A stretch of DNA of 64,000 nucleotides from Chloroflexota bacterium (GCA_965249595.1 OZ252242.1:197433-261432); one strand, 5' to 3'; counted from the stretch's first letter, positions 19,694 to 30,735 are shown. Notes: generated by a model not told the origin, from the letters alone. Program-made: numbers and translations.

Positions 19694-20839
19694 GTGGCCG
19701 TCATCGGCATAAATGCCGCCTGCATGCATTCGGGCACCACTTATCGCAACGCCGGCGTGTCCGTCTACGCCCAGCGCCTGCTGGCGACCTTGCTACCAAT
19801 GGGGAGCGATGAGCATCAATTCGTGGTATTCGTCAACTCCGACTTTGCCACCGCCAGCCTCCCGCAACTGGCACTGGCCAAAGTGGTGCGTTCACCCTTT
19901 AGCGGCAGCAGCCGGCTGCTGCGTATTGGATGGGAACAAAGTGGCCTAGCCTTGGCCGCCCACCGTCACGGCGTAGAGGTTCTTCACGGCCTGCTCGACA
20001 TCTCGGTCCTGCTCTACCGTGGCCCGCAGGTGATTACCGTCCACGATTTGACCTACGTCCTAACCCCCCAGGCCCACCCACGTTCGCGCCGGGCTTGGTT
20101 TGCGCTCGCCGCGCCCCGCTCGGCCCGTCGCGCAAAGGCCATCCTGGCGGTCTCGGAGGCTACCGGGCGCGATTTGATCAAACATTACGACCTAGATCCC
20201 GGCCGCCTGATCATCGCCCACCATGGCCGCGACCAACATATGACCCGCGTGACGGATCACGCCGCCCTGGCTGCATTTCGCAAGCGCAACGGATTGCCGG
20301 AACGATTCCTGCTGTTCCTCGGCACAATCGAACCGCGTAAGAACTTGGAAAGGTTAATTCGGGCCTTCGCCGGGCTTTGCGATCGCGGCTACCCCGGCAA
20401 GCTGGTGATCGCCGGTGGGCTGGGCTGGGGCGATATCGATATCACCGCTCTGGCCACGGCAGCCGGAGTTGAGCACGCGGTGCTGACCCCCGGATACGTC
20501 ATCGAAAACGAAAAGAGGTTCTGGTACTCGGCGGCCGAGGCGTTTGTCTTTCCATCGCTTTATGAAGGATTCGGCCTTCCCGTCCTAGAGGCGATGTCCT
20601 GCGGAACCCCGGTGGCCGTGGCCAATATTTCTGCTTTGCCCGAGGTGGTCGGTGAAACCGGTCAAATGTTTGATCCGCTTGACGTAGATTCAATGATTGC
20701 CGCTCTAACTAAGATTTGTGGCGATCCGACTAAATCACTAGCCCACGCCCAGGCCGCGATGGCTCGCTCGCTCCAGTTTTCGTGGGACCGAGCCGCCCAA
20801 GGCGCCCTGGCCGCATACCGCCGGGCCCTCTCTGATTGA
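19694..20839 (+). CDS. GT4 family glycosyltransferase
   Basis: TVHDL, LGTIEPRKN and PSLYEGFGLPVLEAM. Confidence 0.93.
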   Translation: MAVIGINAACMHSGTTYRNAGVSVYAQRLLATLLPMGSDEHQFVVFVNSDFATASLPQLALAKVVRSPFSGSSRLLRIGWEQSGLALAAHRHGVEVLHGLLDISVLLYRGPQVITVHDLTYVLTPQAHPRSRRAWFALAAPRSARRAKAILAVSEATGRDLIKHYDLDPGRLIIAHHGRDQHMTRVTDHAALAAFRKRNGLPERFLLFLGTIEPRKNLERLIRAFAGLCDRGYPGKLVIAGGLGWGDIDITALATAAGVEHAVLTPGYVIENEKRFWYSAAEAFVFPSLYEGFGLPVLEAMSCGTPVAVANISALPEVVGETGQMFDPLDVDSMIAALTKICGDPTKSLAHAQAAMARSLQFSWDRAAQGALAAYRRALSD

Positions 20840-20860
20840 ACCGGACCACGATACACAAAA

Positions 20861-22306
20861 ATGCCCGAGACATCTAGCCCAGTTGCCGCGCGACGCCTGC
20901 AGCGGCGGCGCTGTATCACCACGGCTTTGGACCTGGTGGGCATCCTTGCCGCTTTCGCAATTGCCCATTGGCTTCGCTATGAATTCCAACTGGGCGGAGA
21001 GGTGGCCGATCCAAATCTAATACCAGTATCCGATTTCGCCTCGATTGGAGCCGCCTATCTGATCGTCATGCTGGCTGCGCTGCGAATGTGGGGGCTATAT
21101 AGCCGGCAGCAACTCTCATCGTGGCTTGATCAGGTCGGCCGCATCGTGATTTCGGCCCTGCTGGCCGAGGCGGCCATCATCGTAATGTCCTACTTGGCCC
21201 GTGAGGCCTTTCCGCCCTCCTCGCGGCTCATGTTCGCTTATCTGGGCCTCCTGAGCGTGGCCATTCCAGCGTCCCTGCGGCTCGTTGCCCATCGCTTTTA
21301 CGTGTCCCGCTACCGACGTGGTCTGGGGTGTGAAAGGGTTCTGGTGGCCGGGCGCGGCGTGTTAGCCAAGATGCTCATGCAACAGATCCGCGGCAACGTT
21401 GGTGCCGGCCTGGTGATGGTCGGATTCTTCGATCATCTGGACGACCAATCGGACTTCGGCCGGTTCCCGCGGCTTGGCGATCTCTCGGCCGTTGAGGAAA
21501 CGTTGATCGACAGACACGCCGATCGCTTGATCATCGCCCTGCCCTTTCGCCAGAGCGCACGAATCAACGAACTAATCGAAATCTGCCGCCGCTTGGGCAT
21601 CCGCTACACCGTTGTGCCCGATCTGTTGGCACTGCAGACCGGCCGTGTTCACACCGAGACGATTGCCGGAATTCCTCTGTTTACCCTCACCGCCAATCGG
21701 ATCACAGGCATCAACGCCATGTCCAAGCGGGCTTTGGATCTATTGCTCTCGACCTTGCTACTGGTTCTCCTTAGTCCCGTGCTGGCGTTTCTGGCTTTGG
21801 CAATCCGCCTCGATTCAGATGGTCCCGCATTGTTCGGGCAGACCCGAATCGGTCGTGGCAACCATCCATTTAGGATGCTCAAATTCCGCTCGATGGTAAA
21901 AAGCGCCTCGCTGACCCGCTATGAGATATTTCCGCAAGCTGCCAAGGAGGCGCTGTTTAAGCCGCGAACGGATCCACGCACCACGCGTGTCGGCCGTTTC
22001 CTGCGGCGCACATCGCTCGATGAAATGCCACAGTTGATCAACGTAATTCGCGGCGAAATGAGCCTGGTTGGACCGCGCGCGCAGATTCCGGATGAAGTCT
22101 CAAACTATGACGACTACGCCCATAATCGCCTTTTGGTATCCCCAGGGCTAACCGGACTGTGGCAGGTCTCCGGGCGCAGCAATCTGGGATTTGAGGAAAT
22201 GGTCATGCTCGATACCTATTACGTCGGCCACTGGTCGCTGGGGCTGGATCTAAAAATCCTGCTCCGTACCATTCCGGCGGTCATCGGCGGTGAGGGGGCC
22301 TATTGA
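20861..22306 (+). CDS. Polyprenyl-phosphate sugar phosphotransferase (WcaJ/WbaP-type priming transferase)
   Basis: N-terminal TM helices, KFRSM, SLDE.PQL.NV..GEMSLVGPR and PGLTGLWQVSGR. Confidence 0.95.
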   Translation: MPETSSPVAARRLQRRRCITTALDLVGILAAFAIAHWLRYEFQLGGEVADPNLIPVSDFASIGAAYLIVMLAALRMWGLYSRQQLSSWLDQVGRIVISALLAEAAIIVMSYLAREAFPPSSRLMFAYLGLLSVAIPASLRLVAHRFYVSRYRRGLGCERVLVAGRGVLAKMLMQQIRGNVGAGLVMVGFFDHLDDQSDFGRFPRLGDLSAVEETLIDRHADRLIIALPFRQSARINELIEICRRLGIRYTVVPDLLALQTGRVHTETIAGIPLFTLTANRITGINAMSKRALDLLLSTLLLVLLSPVLAFLALAIRLDSDGPALFGQTRIGRGNHPFRMLKFRSMVKSASLTRYEIFPQAAKEALFKPRTDPRTTRVGRFLRRTSLDEMPQLINVIRGEMSLVGPRAQIPDEVSNYDDYAHNRLLVSPGLTGLWQVSGRSNLGFEEMVMLDTYYVGHWSLGLDLKILLRTIPAVIGGEGAY

Positions 22307-23418
22307 ATTCCCCAGGCATTTCGAGTCCGCGGGTGGCGCTGGTCCACGATTGGCTCAACCAGATGGGCGGAGCCGAAAACGTCCTGCTCGAGCTCACCCG
22401 GATCTGGCCCGAAGCACCGATCTATACGTCAATTTTTGATCCGGCGGCGCTCGATGCCGAGTTTGAAGACTTAGACGTTAGAACCTCGTTCATGCAGGTT
22501 ATCCCGGGCATTTTTGAACGCCATCGGGTCTTTCTGCCGGTGTACGCGGGAATGTTTGCGCGCTGGTGGATCCCCGATTGCGACCTGATCATCTCCAACG
22601 CCTCGGGGTTCTGCCGTTGGATCCCCAGCCATCCTTCGACAACCCACGTCTGTTATTGCCTGACCCCGCCACGCTATCTATGGGACAGCAAGCGCTACCT
22701 GGCCGCCGAACGCGATTTCCCGCCATCCTTTGACCCGGCGGTGCAAGCTGCCCTGGCCGGACTGCGCCGATTGGATGTCATCATGGCCGACCGCACCGAT
22801 GATTTCATTGCCATCTCCACCGCCGTGGCCGAGAGAATCGCCCGCTATTACGGGCGCCCGGCGACGGTAATCTATCCACCCGTCCGCACTGCCGATTACG
22901 CCCCGGCCGCACCGGCCGCTATAGGTGAACATTTCCTGCTGGTGTCCCGCCTGGCCCCCTACAAAAGGATCGACTTGGCGATCCGTGCCTGCAATCGCCT
23001 TGGCGTTCGTCTCCGCATCGTGGGATCGGGCCGCGCCGAAAGTGACCTGCAGGCGATCGCCGGCAAAACGATTGAATTTGCTGGTCGGATATCGTCGGAA
23101 CGCCTGCGCGACGAGCTGGCCCGCTGCCGGGCCCTGATATTCCCAGGCGAGGAAGATTTCGGCCTGGTGCCGGTAGAAGCCCAGGCGGCGGGCCGGCCGG
23201 TTGTTGCCTTCGCCGGTGGCGGAGCGCTGGAGACCGTGCGGGCCGGAGTAACCGGGGAGTTCTTTCACCATCCGACCACTGCTGCCTTGGCTGATGTCCT
23301 GGCCTCCTTTGACGAGAGCGGTTACGACCCGGCCGCGATACGGGAGAACGCTGAGCGCTTCGGCCTGGCCCGGTTTCGCACTCAGCTAACCGGCCACATC
23401 CAAAAATTGCTCGGTTAG
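22303..23418 (+). CDS. GT4 family glycosyltransferase (WbaZ-like)
   Basis: VHDWL..GGAE, SRLAPYKRID and EEDFGLVPVEAQAAG. Confidence 0.92.
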   Translation: MNSPGISSPRVALVHDWLNQMGGAENVLLELTRIWPEAPIYTSIFDPAALDAEFEDLDVRTSFMQVIPGIFERHRVFLPVYAGMFARWWIPDCDLIISNASGFCRWIPSHPSTTHVCYCLTPPRYLWDSKRYLAAERDFPPSFDPAVQAALAGLRRLDVIMADRTDDFIAISTAVAERIARYYGRPATVIYPPVRTADYAPAAPAAIGEHFLLVSRLAPYKRIDLAIRACNRLGVRLRIVGSGRAESDLQAIAGKTIEFAGRISSERLRDELARCRALIFPGEEDFGLVPVEAQAAGRPVVAFAGGGALETVRAGVTGEFFHHPTTAALADVLASFDESGYDPAAIRENAERFGLARFRTQLTGHIQKLLG

Positions 23419-23577
23419 TCGATCTCGATCGGGCAATCCATTACGCCGCGCGCGGAGCCTAAGGGTCGATCAGCTGGTCGGTGCTTGGGATACTTGATAT
23501 GCGCCGGGTGGGGTATCCCGCCGGCATGAAATCTTCGTGAACTAGGGACTCAAAAGACGCTGTACGCCGATATTCTC

Positions 23578-24234
23578 TTGGCGATTCTTGCCCGCAACAG
23601 CCGGCCCATCGCGGCCGTGACCGTCGTGGCCCTGGTTCTGGCTACCTGGTGGGCGGTGGCCAATGTTCGGCCGGACTTGGCCAGAGTGCAGATCCTGATG
23701 AGCCCGCGGATCATCGAATCGGTTGACTCGCCCAACTACCAGGTCGAGGCATCACGCACGATTGCCGTTGACCACCTAATGGACAGCCTGCAACAGGTGG
23801 TCACTGGCAGCTCGTTCGTCCAGCTGGTTGCCGACAAAGTGTCGGCCGAACACGGGGTCAACATTAATCCGGAAGAACTGGTCGGAGCGATAGAGGCTGA
23901 TCGAACCCACCGCGGTCTCACGATTTACGTAACCCTTGCTTCGGCCCGCGAATCGCGCTTGGCCGCCGCCGCCGCCGGCGCCCTTATCGACGGCGATGTT
24001 GGAGGGCTGATTCCCTCCTTCGGGACGATCACCAACGCCCGGGTCATCGATGTTGAATCGCGCACCGACCTAGCCGGTCTGTTGATTAATGGAATCGTGG
24101 TGGTCCTGGCCGCCATCGTCGGCTTCCTGGGATCCCTTTTGGCGTCAGTTGTCGGGGCCGCCCGACGCGACCGCCTCTATTTGCGCGAGCGGCCCCGGGC
24201 CGGCGACGTGCCGCTGCTGGCGCGACTGGATTGA
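23578..24234 (+). CDS. Polysaccharide co-polymerase-like (Wzz/CpsC) membrane protein; start uncertain
   Basis: Two TM segments flanking an extracellular loop; lies between the GT genes and a CpsD-like gene. Confidence 0.55.
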   Translation: MAILARNSRPIAAVTVVALVLATWWAVANVRPDLARVQILMSPRIIESVDSPNYQVEASRTIAVDHLMDSLQQVVTGSSFVQLVADKVSAEHGVNINPEELVGAIEADRTHRGLTIYVTLASARESRLAAAAAGALIDGDVGGLIPSFGTITNARVIDVESRTDLAGLLINGIVVVLAAIVGFLGSLLASVVGAARRDRLYLRERPRAGDVPLLARLD

Positions 24235-24797
24235 CGTCTCCGATGCAATCAGAGTTTGCCCTTGCCCAGCTTAGGGCCAGAGTCCTATCCCAGTTGCCTG
24301 ACGGTTGCGGCGTGATCTTGATTGCCGCGCCCGGAAAACAAGCCGATGCTTCGGTTGTAGCCGTCAGATTAGCCAATGCGATAGCTGACTCGGGGCGGCC
24401 GGCGCTGCTGGTCGAGGCTGCCTCGATCCCCACCGGCTTAGATGACTCGGCCGGGGTTGGAATCGAAAGCCTGGCTCACGCCCTCCAATCGAATGCTCCC
24501 GCGCCGGCGCCCGGCGAATTGGCGATATACGGCGGCCCGCTAGATTCCGGCCAAATCGCAGGTCCGACGCTTCAGAGCTTTTTGCGCGCCGCCGCCGGCG
24601 CCGCCGCAGTTGTCCTGCTCACAAGCCAAATGGCCGGTTCGGCTGATGCGCTGGCCCTTGCTCCCTGCGCCGATTTGACCCTGCTGGCAGTCTGTGACGG
24701 GCAAAGCCGCCGCCGCCAGTACAGCGAGGCGGTCAACACCCTCACCGCTGCCGGATTGGCCCCGCTAGGGATGGTGGCGGCACCGGCGACCCAGTAG
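24231..24797 (+). CDS. Degenerate CpsD/CapB BY-kinase-like protein without Walker motifs
   Basis: LRA..L, A.RLA.AIADSGR.ALLVEA, DALALA...D.TLLAV and LGMV skeleton; TTGA overlap with the upstream gene. Confidence 0.6.
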   Translation: MTSPMQSEFALAQLRARVLSQLPDGCGVILIAAPGKQADASVVAVRLANAIADSGRPALLVEAASIPTGLDDSAGVGIESLAHALQSNAPAPAPGELAIYGGPLDSGQIAGPTLQSFLRAAAGAAAVVLLTSQMAGSADALALAPCADLTLLAVCDGQSRRRQYSEAVNTLTAAGLAPLGMVAAPATQ

Positions 24798-24832
24798 GGT
24801 CGACCTACGGCAGAGTCAGTCGGAGAAAGGCC

Positions 24833-25672
24833 TTAACAGCGGGCCAATTTGTATAGCTTGCTGTCGGCCTGGACCTCGACAACATAGAGATTGCCGCTGG
24901 CATCGAGCCAGATCCCGTGCGGTGCCCGCGGGTCGGGCAGGCCGAACCGTTCAACGATCTTGCCGTCCAGATCAACGACGGAGAGGTAACCGCCAAGCTC
25001 ACAGACGTATACCAGGTCGCCCTCGGTTACAAAGTCGCCCGGACGGGCAAACCCGGTCCAGGATTCAAGATGATTGCCGTCGGCATCAAATATCTCCACT
25101 CGGTTGTTTTCGCGATCGGCCACCCAGACCCGGCCGCGCAGATCATAGTGGACGGAATGCGGCAGGTTGAATTGGCCCGGGCCGTCACCACGACCGCCCC
25201 AGGTCTTAATCAGCGAGTAGTCGGGCGCGAGGTGGTGAATGTGGCTGTTGCCATAGCCATCTGAGACATAAAAGCCGGCATCGCCAGCCAATGCGATGTC
25301 GGTGGGTTCGTTAAACGGCATTCCGTCGCTGGCCCCTGGCTGACCTTCGTTGCCGATGTGGTCAAGGATCTCTCCCTGTTCATTGCAGATCCAGATCACG
25401 TGCGCCTTCTGGTCGGTAAGCCAGAGACGATCATCAGCATCAACCCAAACTGCATGGGCGTGCTTGAATCGAGGATCGTCCCATGTTTCGAGCAACTCGC
25501 CGGAATCGCCGTCAAAGACGACCATCGGGAAGTCGCCGCGGTTGTAGATATAGACCCGGTTGGAACTGGTGACCCCGACCCCGCCTATCCAGCCAAGGTT
25601 TAGGTCTGCCGGTCGCTTGGGCCATCCGTCGACCAGTTCAAATCTAAAGTTCCCGCTGCCCATCTTCATCAC
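24833..25672 (-). CDS. NHL-repeat beta-propeller, peptidyl-alpha-hydroxyglycine alpha-amidating lyase-like
   Basis: FNEPTDIA, YVSDGYGN, WGG.GDGPGQFNLPH and VWVADRENNRV. Confidence 0.88.
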   Translation of the reverse strand: MMKMGSGNFRFELVDGWPKRPADLNLGWIGGVGVTSSNRVYIYNRGDFPMVVFDGDSGELLETWDDPRFKHAHAVWVDADDRLWLTDQKAHVIWICNEQGEILDHIGNEGQPGASDGMPFNEPTDIALAGDAGFYVSDGYGNSHIHHLAPDYSLIKTWGGRGDGPGQFNLPHSVHYDLRGRVWVADRENNRVEIFDADGNHLESWTGFARPGDFVTEGDLVYVCELGGYLSVVDLDGKIVERFGLPDPRAPHGIWLDASGNLYVVEVQADSKLYKLARC

Positions 25673-26700
25673 GTCTAACCCGCCTCGTGGTCGTCAAATT
25701 GCCAATTCACCGCCGCCGGGGGCGCCGAGTTGCTCCCTTGCGGCAGCGGTTGACCCGTTCAATTTTGGACTCATGCATGTTTACCGTCGGTAATTTGAGT
25801 GCGGCGGAACGCAAAGGGGCTATCTTTGATCCCGAAACCGGCGCGGAGCTCATTGACGACTCATAGTGCGCTGAGGACGGCGGTGACGACTTCACCGTAA
25901 CCGCCGCCGATCTGTTCGCCCGACAACCCGTTGCTCGACTGGCTAGAGCGGCGCGTTGTGCGTGGTCACCGAGATCCTTCAAAGGGGCTAAAGAGACTCC
26001 GAACGCCGTCACCCTATATCGGAATCGATTCAGGCTCAGAAGGAGAGTTCAACGTAGAAACAGGCGCACCCCATTTGGCACGTGCGCGCCGTCATGCCCA
26101 TATTTGTCCAGTGGTGAGAGGACTCGTCGGTAGACCCAAGGTAGGATCACCCTTCCCACACTCCTGCCAGGGCGAGCGTCGGTTCGATGGGGCCACGCAT
26201 GCTGCCGGCGGTTCCCTGGGTCACGGCACAAAGCACTGCGCCTCGGGCCAGCACCATTTGGATCGACACCGCCCAGCGAAAACTTCGCGATACAGTATGT
26301 GTAGGCTCCCCGGCGACACCCGATCGCAAACCAATACCGTCGCCGAAGACTCCAGTGTCCCGTTTCGATCCTTGCAGCCGAGATTGCGCAGCAGGAAATC
26401 AAATTCCCGGTCGGGTTTTGAGGCGACTCGCTGCCAATCGGACGCCCAGGACCCGGAAAATCTTCCCTTAAGTACCGGGGTCGGAAATCTCTTCCGACCG
26501 CGCAGCCGGGACATGCGAGTTTGATCTGATCCAAATGCTCTGGGCGCGTGCCTGGAAATGCGATTTCCTCGTGTTGCCGCGGGCGATGATCAAGGCGCAG
26601 TGGCGGCCGGGCTGCGGGCTAACCGGCTGCCCGAAGTTAGGATCGGGTTCGAGGCGCACGGGCTGCAAAATTGCATTCCAGAGCGACGGCGGGGGAGCCG

Positions 26701-27840
26701 ATGAAGGTCACTGGGGTCAAGACGATGGTCGTCGAGGCCGAACCGCCCTACATCGGCGGCAAATATTTCCTCTTCCTCGAACTCCAGACCGACGAAGGTA
26801 TCGCTGGTATCGGTGAGCGCATCGCCGGCAGTGCCTACTCCAACAACCCCGGCGATCTCAAATCGCAAGTCAGCCTGATCGAGGAGTTTGTAGGTCAGTT
26901 CGTGCTCGGCCAGAACCCGCTCAACATCGAGTTGATCTGGGACCGCATGTACGGCACTCGCCACGATTTGCGCCATCCCGGCCTATTTTCAACGCCTGTG
27001 ATCAGCGCGATCGACATGGCCCTGTGGGACATCGCCGGCAAGGCTGCGAACCAGCCAATCTACAACCTGCTAGGTGGCCGCTATCACGAGCAGTTGCGCG
27101 CCTACGCCTACATGCCCAACACCGGTTTTGATGAGCACCCCGAGAAGGCCGGCGAAGTCGCCGCCCAACTCCTGGCCGAGGGAAATTCGGCCTGCAAGAT
27201 CGATCCCTTCATGCCCCTTCACCCCATTCGCGACATCTCGCTAGCGGAGATCGAGCACGCGGCCAAGATCTTTGAGAGCATCCGCAACGCGGTCGGCAGC
27301 CAGCTGGAGGTCGGCATCGGGACCCACGGTCAGATGCCGACATACAGCGCAATCCGCGTGGCCAATTACCTGGAACCATACCACCCGTTCTGGTTCGAGG
27401 AGCCGGTGATGCCGGAGAAAGTCGAGGAAATGGCCCGCGTCGCCGCCCACACATGCATCCCGATCGCGACCGGCGAGCGCCTGGTCACCAAGTACGAGTT
27501 CGCGCGCGTGCTCGAGCAACAGGCAGCCCAGATCATCCAGCTCGACGTCGGTCAGTGCGGAGGCATAACCGAGGCGAAGAAGATCGCGGGCATGGCTGAG
27601 GCGCATTACGCGATGATCGCCCCGCACATGTACTGCGGGCCGGTGGCTGCGGCTGCCGCGATCCAGATCGATACCTGCTCGCCGAATTTCCTGATTCAGG
27701 AAGCCAACCAGGGGCCGCTGCACAAAACGATCTTCAAGGAGCCGCTGGTGGTGGAGAACGGGGTCATCATTCCGCCCACCGGCCCCGGCCTGGGAGTCGA
27801 GTTCGACGAGGATGTGCTCCGGGCACACCTAGTGGCCTAG
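26701..27840 (+). CDS. Mandelate racemase / muconate-lactonising enzyme family (acid-sugar dehydratase-like)
   Basis: SAIDMALWDIAGK, KID, WFEEP, ATGE, APH and GPGLG; GGGGGAG SD before the ATG at 26701. Confidence 0.93.
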   Translation: MKVTGVKTMVVEAEPPYIGGKYFLFLELQTDEGIAGIGERIAGSAYSNNPGDLKSQVSLIEEFVGQFVLGQNPLNIELIWDRMYGTRHDLRHPGLFSTPVISAIDMALWDIAGKAANQPIYNLLGGRYHEQLRAYAYMPNTGFDEHPEKAGEVAAQLLAEGNSACKIDPFMPLHPIRDISLAEIEHAAKIFESIRNAVGSQLEVGIGTHGQMPTYSAIRVANYLEPYHPFWFEEPVMPEKVEEMARVAAHTCIPIATGERLVTKYEFARVLEQQAAQIIQLDVGQCGGITEAKKIAGMAEAHYAMIAPHMYCGPVAAAAAIQIDTCSPNFLIQEANQGPLHKTIFKEPLVVENGVIIPPTGPGLGVEFDEDVLRAHLVA

Positions 27841-28344
27841 GCGGTTTGCGCCTGGCGGCGCCCCATGGCCGAGGGACTTTGTATTGCACCGACGCCGGCC
27901 CGGTCTCAAATCCTCTGATCATTCGTCCAACCGCACCGCCGATGGGTGGCGGGGCGCCCGCCCACGACAGTCTGGCGAGCACCACCCCGCCGGCAGCGGC
28001 CGGTACCGTTCCGGTTCAGCGTCCACTGCCAGGTGGCCGAACGCTTGTTCGCCATGCTCGAGGTCTTTGCCGAAGACATGTCTGGGGGCGAAGGCTTTCC
28101 GCCACCTCGGGCGGCAGTGCCGCTGATACTTGGTCCTAAATGATTGGTGGCAACTGGCGAAAGGCATGACGTGACGAAATCCGCAGCGCGCGGCGGTTTC
28201 GATTACCTGGTTCTGCCACGCGATTACGACGCACTGGCGCCGGTCGTGCTTACGAGCAAGCTACCGATTTCAGTCGTCATCCGCGGCTGTGATTTCTGGC
28301 CCCGGCATGCCCGTTTTCGCTGACGATAAAGACCCAAGGGCACG

Positions 28345-30735
28345 GTGACGGCCGCTGCCGGCGGGGTGGTGCTCCCCAAACTTCTGGGGGCGCGCGTGAA
28401 ACGTCGCGAGGACCCGCGCTTAATCCAGGGCCAGGCGACTTACGTCGACGATCTCAAGCTCCCGGGCATGTTGCATGCCGCGTTCAAGCGCTCGGATATC
28501 GCCCACGGGATCATTTCCAATATCGACACCGGCGCGGCCTCATCGATCGAGGGAGTCGAGTTGGTGATGACAGGCGCCCAGCTGGCCGAACACATCGGCC
28601 CGATGCCCAGGGTGACAGCCTTTCGGGCACCGGACCAACCACCCGTGGCCATCGACCGGGTGCGCTACGTAGGCGAGCCTGTGGCCGTGGTGGTGGCAAC
28701 CGATCGCTACGTCGCCCGCGACGCCGTCGACGCCATCTTGGTGGAGTACTCAGAACTCCCGGCCGTGGTTGATCCGGAGCATGCAGTGTCCGGTGATGCG
28801 GCCACCCTACACGAAGGCTTTGACCGCAACATCGCGGTTGAGATCCGCAGCGGCGGCACCGCGGTCGATCCTGCAACCACCCTTCCCTCCGCCGAGAGCA
28901 CCCTCGAGAACGCCTTTGCCCGGGCCGATGTAATCGTCAGGCAGAAGATGCTTAACCAGCGTCTTGCCCCCAACGCGACCGAGCCCCGCGGGGTCGTCGC
29001 GCGGTTCGAGCACGGAACCAATTACCTGACCATCTGGAGCTCCACCCAGACCCCGCATCTGTTGCGCCAAATGGTGGCCAGGGTGCTGGGGCTCGGAGAA
29101 CATCAGGTAAGGGCCATTGCCCCGGAGGTTGGGGGCGGATTCGGGGCCAAGAAGATCTACGGTGAGGACTACGTGATCGCCGCGCTGGCGAGGATTGCCC
29201 GGGCCCCGACCAAGTGGATCGAGGACCGCACCGAGGCCTTCCTGGCCACCTCCCACGGTCGCGATATACACGGCGACATCGAGATCGCCGCCCAGCGCGA
29301 CGGCAAGATTCTGGCTCTGCGGGCCAAACTCGTCGCCGACATCGGCGCCTACCAGGCGCTGCTGACCGCGGGAATCCCCACCAACGCCGGGCGGATGATC
29401 AACGGCGTCTATTCGATTCCCATCATCTGGCACCAATTGACCGAGGTGTACACCAACAAGACCCCCACCGACGCCTACCGCGGCGCCGGCCGACCCGAGG
29501 GCATCTATTTCCTGGAACGCTCCATCGACATCTTGGCCCACGAACTGGGCCTTGATCCGGCTGAAATCCGACGCCGCAATTTCATCCCCGCCGACCAGTT
29601 CCCCTACAAGACCGCGACCGGCCTTCTCTACGATTCCGGCGACTATGCCCCGACCCTCGATCGAGCGCTCGCCATCGCCGACTGGGAGGGGCTGCTTGCC
29701 AAACGCGATGCCGCCCGCGCCGAAGGCCGAATAATCGGCGTGGGTATTTCGTTCTACGTCGAGATCTGCGGCCGCGGCCCATCGACCAAAGGCGGGACCG
29801 GCGGCTGGGAACACTCGGCGGTGACGATCGAGCGCGGCGGGACGATTACCGCCACCACCGGAACCACCTCCCACGGCCAGGGTCACGAGACTACTTTCGC
29901 TCAGATGCTGGCCGACCACTTCTCGATTCCGATGCAGGACGTGACCATCCTGCACGGCGATACCGGCGTGGTAAAGCAGGGCGTAGGCACTTTCGGGAGC
30001 CGCTCGCAGGCCGTTGGCGGACCCGCGCTGTTGGCGGCGGCAGCCAAGGCCGGCGCAAAGATGAAGAGGTTCGCAGCCGCCCTCATGGCCGATGACGAGA
30101 TCGACCCCGAGGATTTGGAATTTGCCCACGGACGCATCCACGTCGCCGGTCGACCCGAAATCTCGCTCTCGTTTGCCGAAGTCGCCGACTTCGCCTACAT
30201 TCCGGTGCCGTTGCCGCCGGGGCTGGAGCCCGGCCTCTCGGAAGAGGCGTTTTTTGAGCCCGCGAACAACACATACCCATTTGGGTGCCACATTTCGATG
30301 GTTGAGATAGACCGCGAGACCGGCCAGCCCAGTCTGCTCAAGCTGATCGCGGTCGACGACTGCGGCAACGTCATTAACCCCCTCATAGTCGATGGCCAGG
30401 TCCACGGCGGACTGGCCCAGGGCATCGGGCAGGCGTTGTGCGAGGAAGTTCTCTTCGACCAACACGGGCAACCGCTGACGGCCAGCTTCATGGACTACGT
30501 GATGCCGCGGGCGGCTGATCTTCCGGTGTTTGAGCTGGATCGTACCGTCACCCCCACTCCCTTGAACCCGCTGGGGGCCAAGGGCGTGGGCGAGGCAGGC
30601 ACGATCGGCGCCGCGCCTTGTTTGATGAACGCCGCTGTCGACGCGCTTTCCCCGCTCGGGGTCAAGCACATCGACATGCCGCTGCGCCCTGAACGGTTGT
30701 GGCGACTGATCCAGCAGGGCCGGCGCGGCCCTTGA
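28345..30735 (+). CDS. coxL: Xanthine-oxidase family molybdopterin large subunit, form II CoxL/CutA-like (copy 1)
   Basis: [35 protein letters not shown] and KGVGEAG. Confidence 0.9.
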   Translation: MTAAAGGVVLPKLLGARVKRREDPRLIQGQATYVDDLKLPGMLHAAFKRSDIAHGIISNIDTGAASSIEGVELVMTGAQLAEHIGPMPRVTAFRAPDQPPVAIDRVRYVGEPVAVVVATDRYVARDAVDAILVEYSELPAVVDPEHAVSGDAATLHEGFDRNIAVEIRSGGTAVDPATTLPSAESTLENAFARADVIVRQKMLNQRLAPNATEPRGVVARFEHGTNYLTIWSSTQTPHLLRQMVARVLGLGEHQVRAIAPEVGGGFGAKKIYGEDYVIAALARIARAPTKWIEDRTEAFLATSHGRDIHGDIEIAAQRDGKILALRAKLVADIGAYQALLTAGIPTNAGRMINGVYSIPIIWHQLTEVYTNKTPTDAYRGAGRPEGIYFLERSIDILAHELGLDPAEIRRRNFIPADQFPYKTATGLLYDSGDYAPTLDRALAIADWEGLLAKRDAARAEGRIIGVGISFYVEICGRGPSTKGGTGGWEHSAVTIERGGTITATTGTTSHGQGHETTFAQMLADHFSIPMQDVTILHGDTGVVKQGVGTFGSRSQAVGGPALLAAAAKAGAKMKRFAAALMADDEIDPEDLEFAHGRIHVAGRPEISLSFAEVADFAYIPVPLPPGLEPGLSEEAFFEPANNTYPFGCHISMVEIDRETGQPSLLKLIAVDDCGNVINPLIVDGQVHGGLAQGIGQALCEEVLFDQHGQPLTASFMDYVMPRAADLPVFELDRTVTPTPLNPLGAKGVGEAGTIGAAPCLMNAAVDALSPLGVKHIDMPLRPERLWRLIQQGRRGP

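Noticed and set aside
25707-26534. Selenoprotein read-through of the TGA joining two in-frame ORFs
   Set aside because: No redox motif context, no recognisable SECIS and no protein family evident
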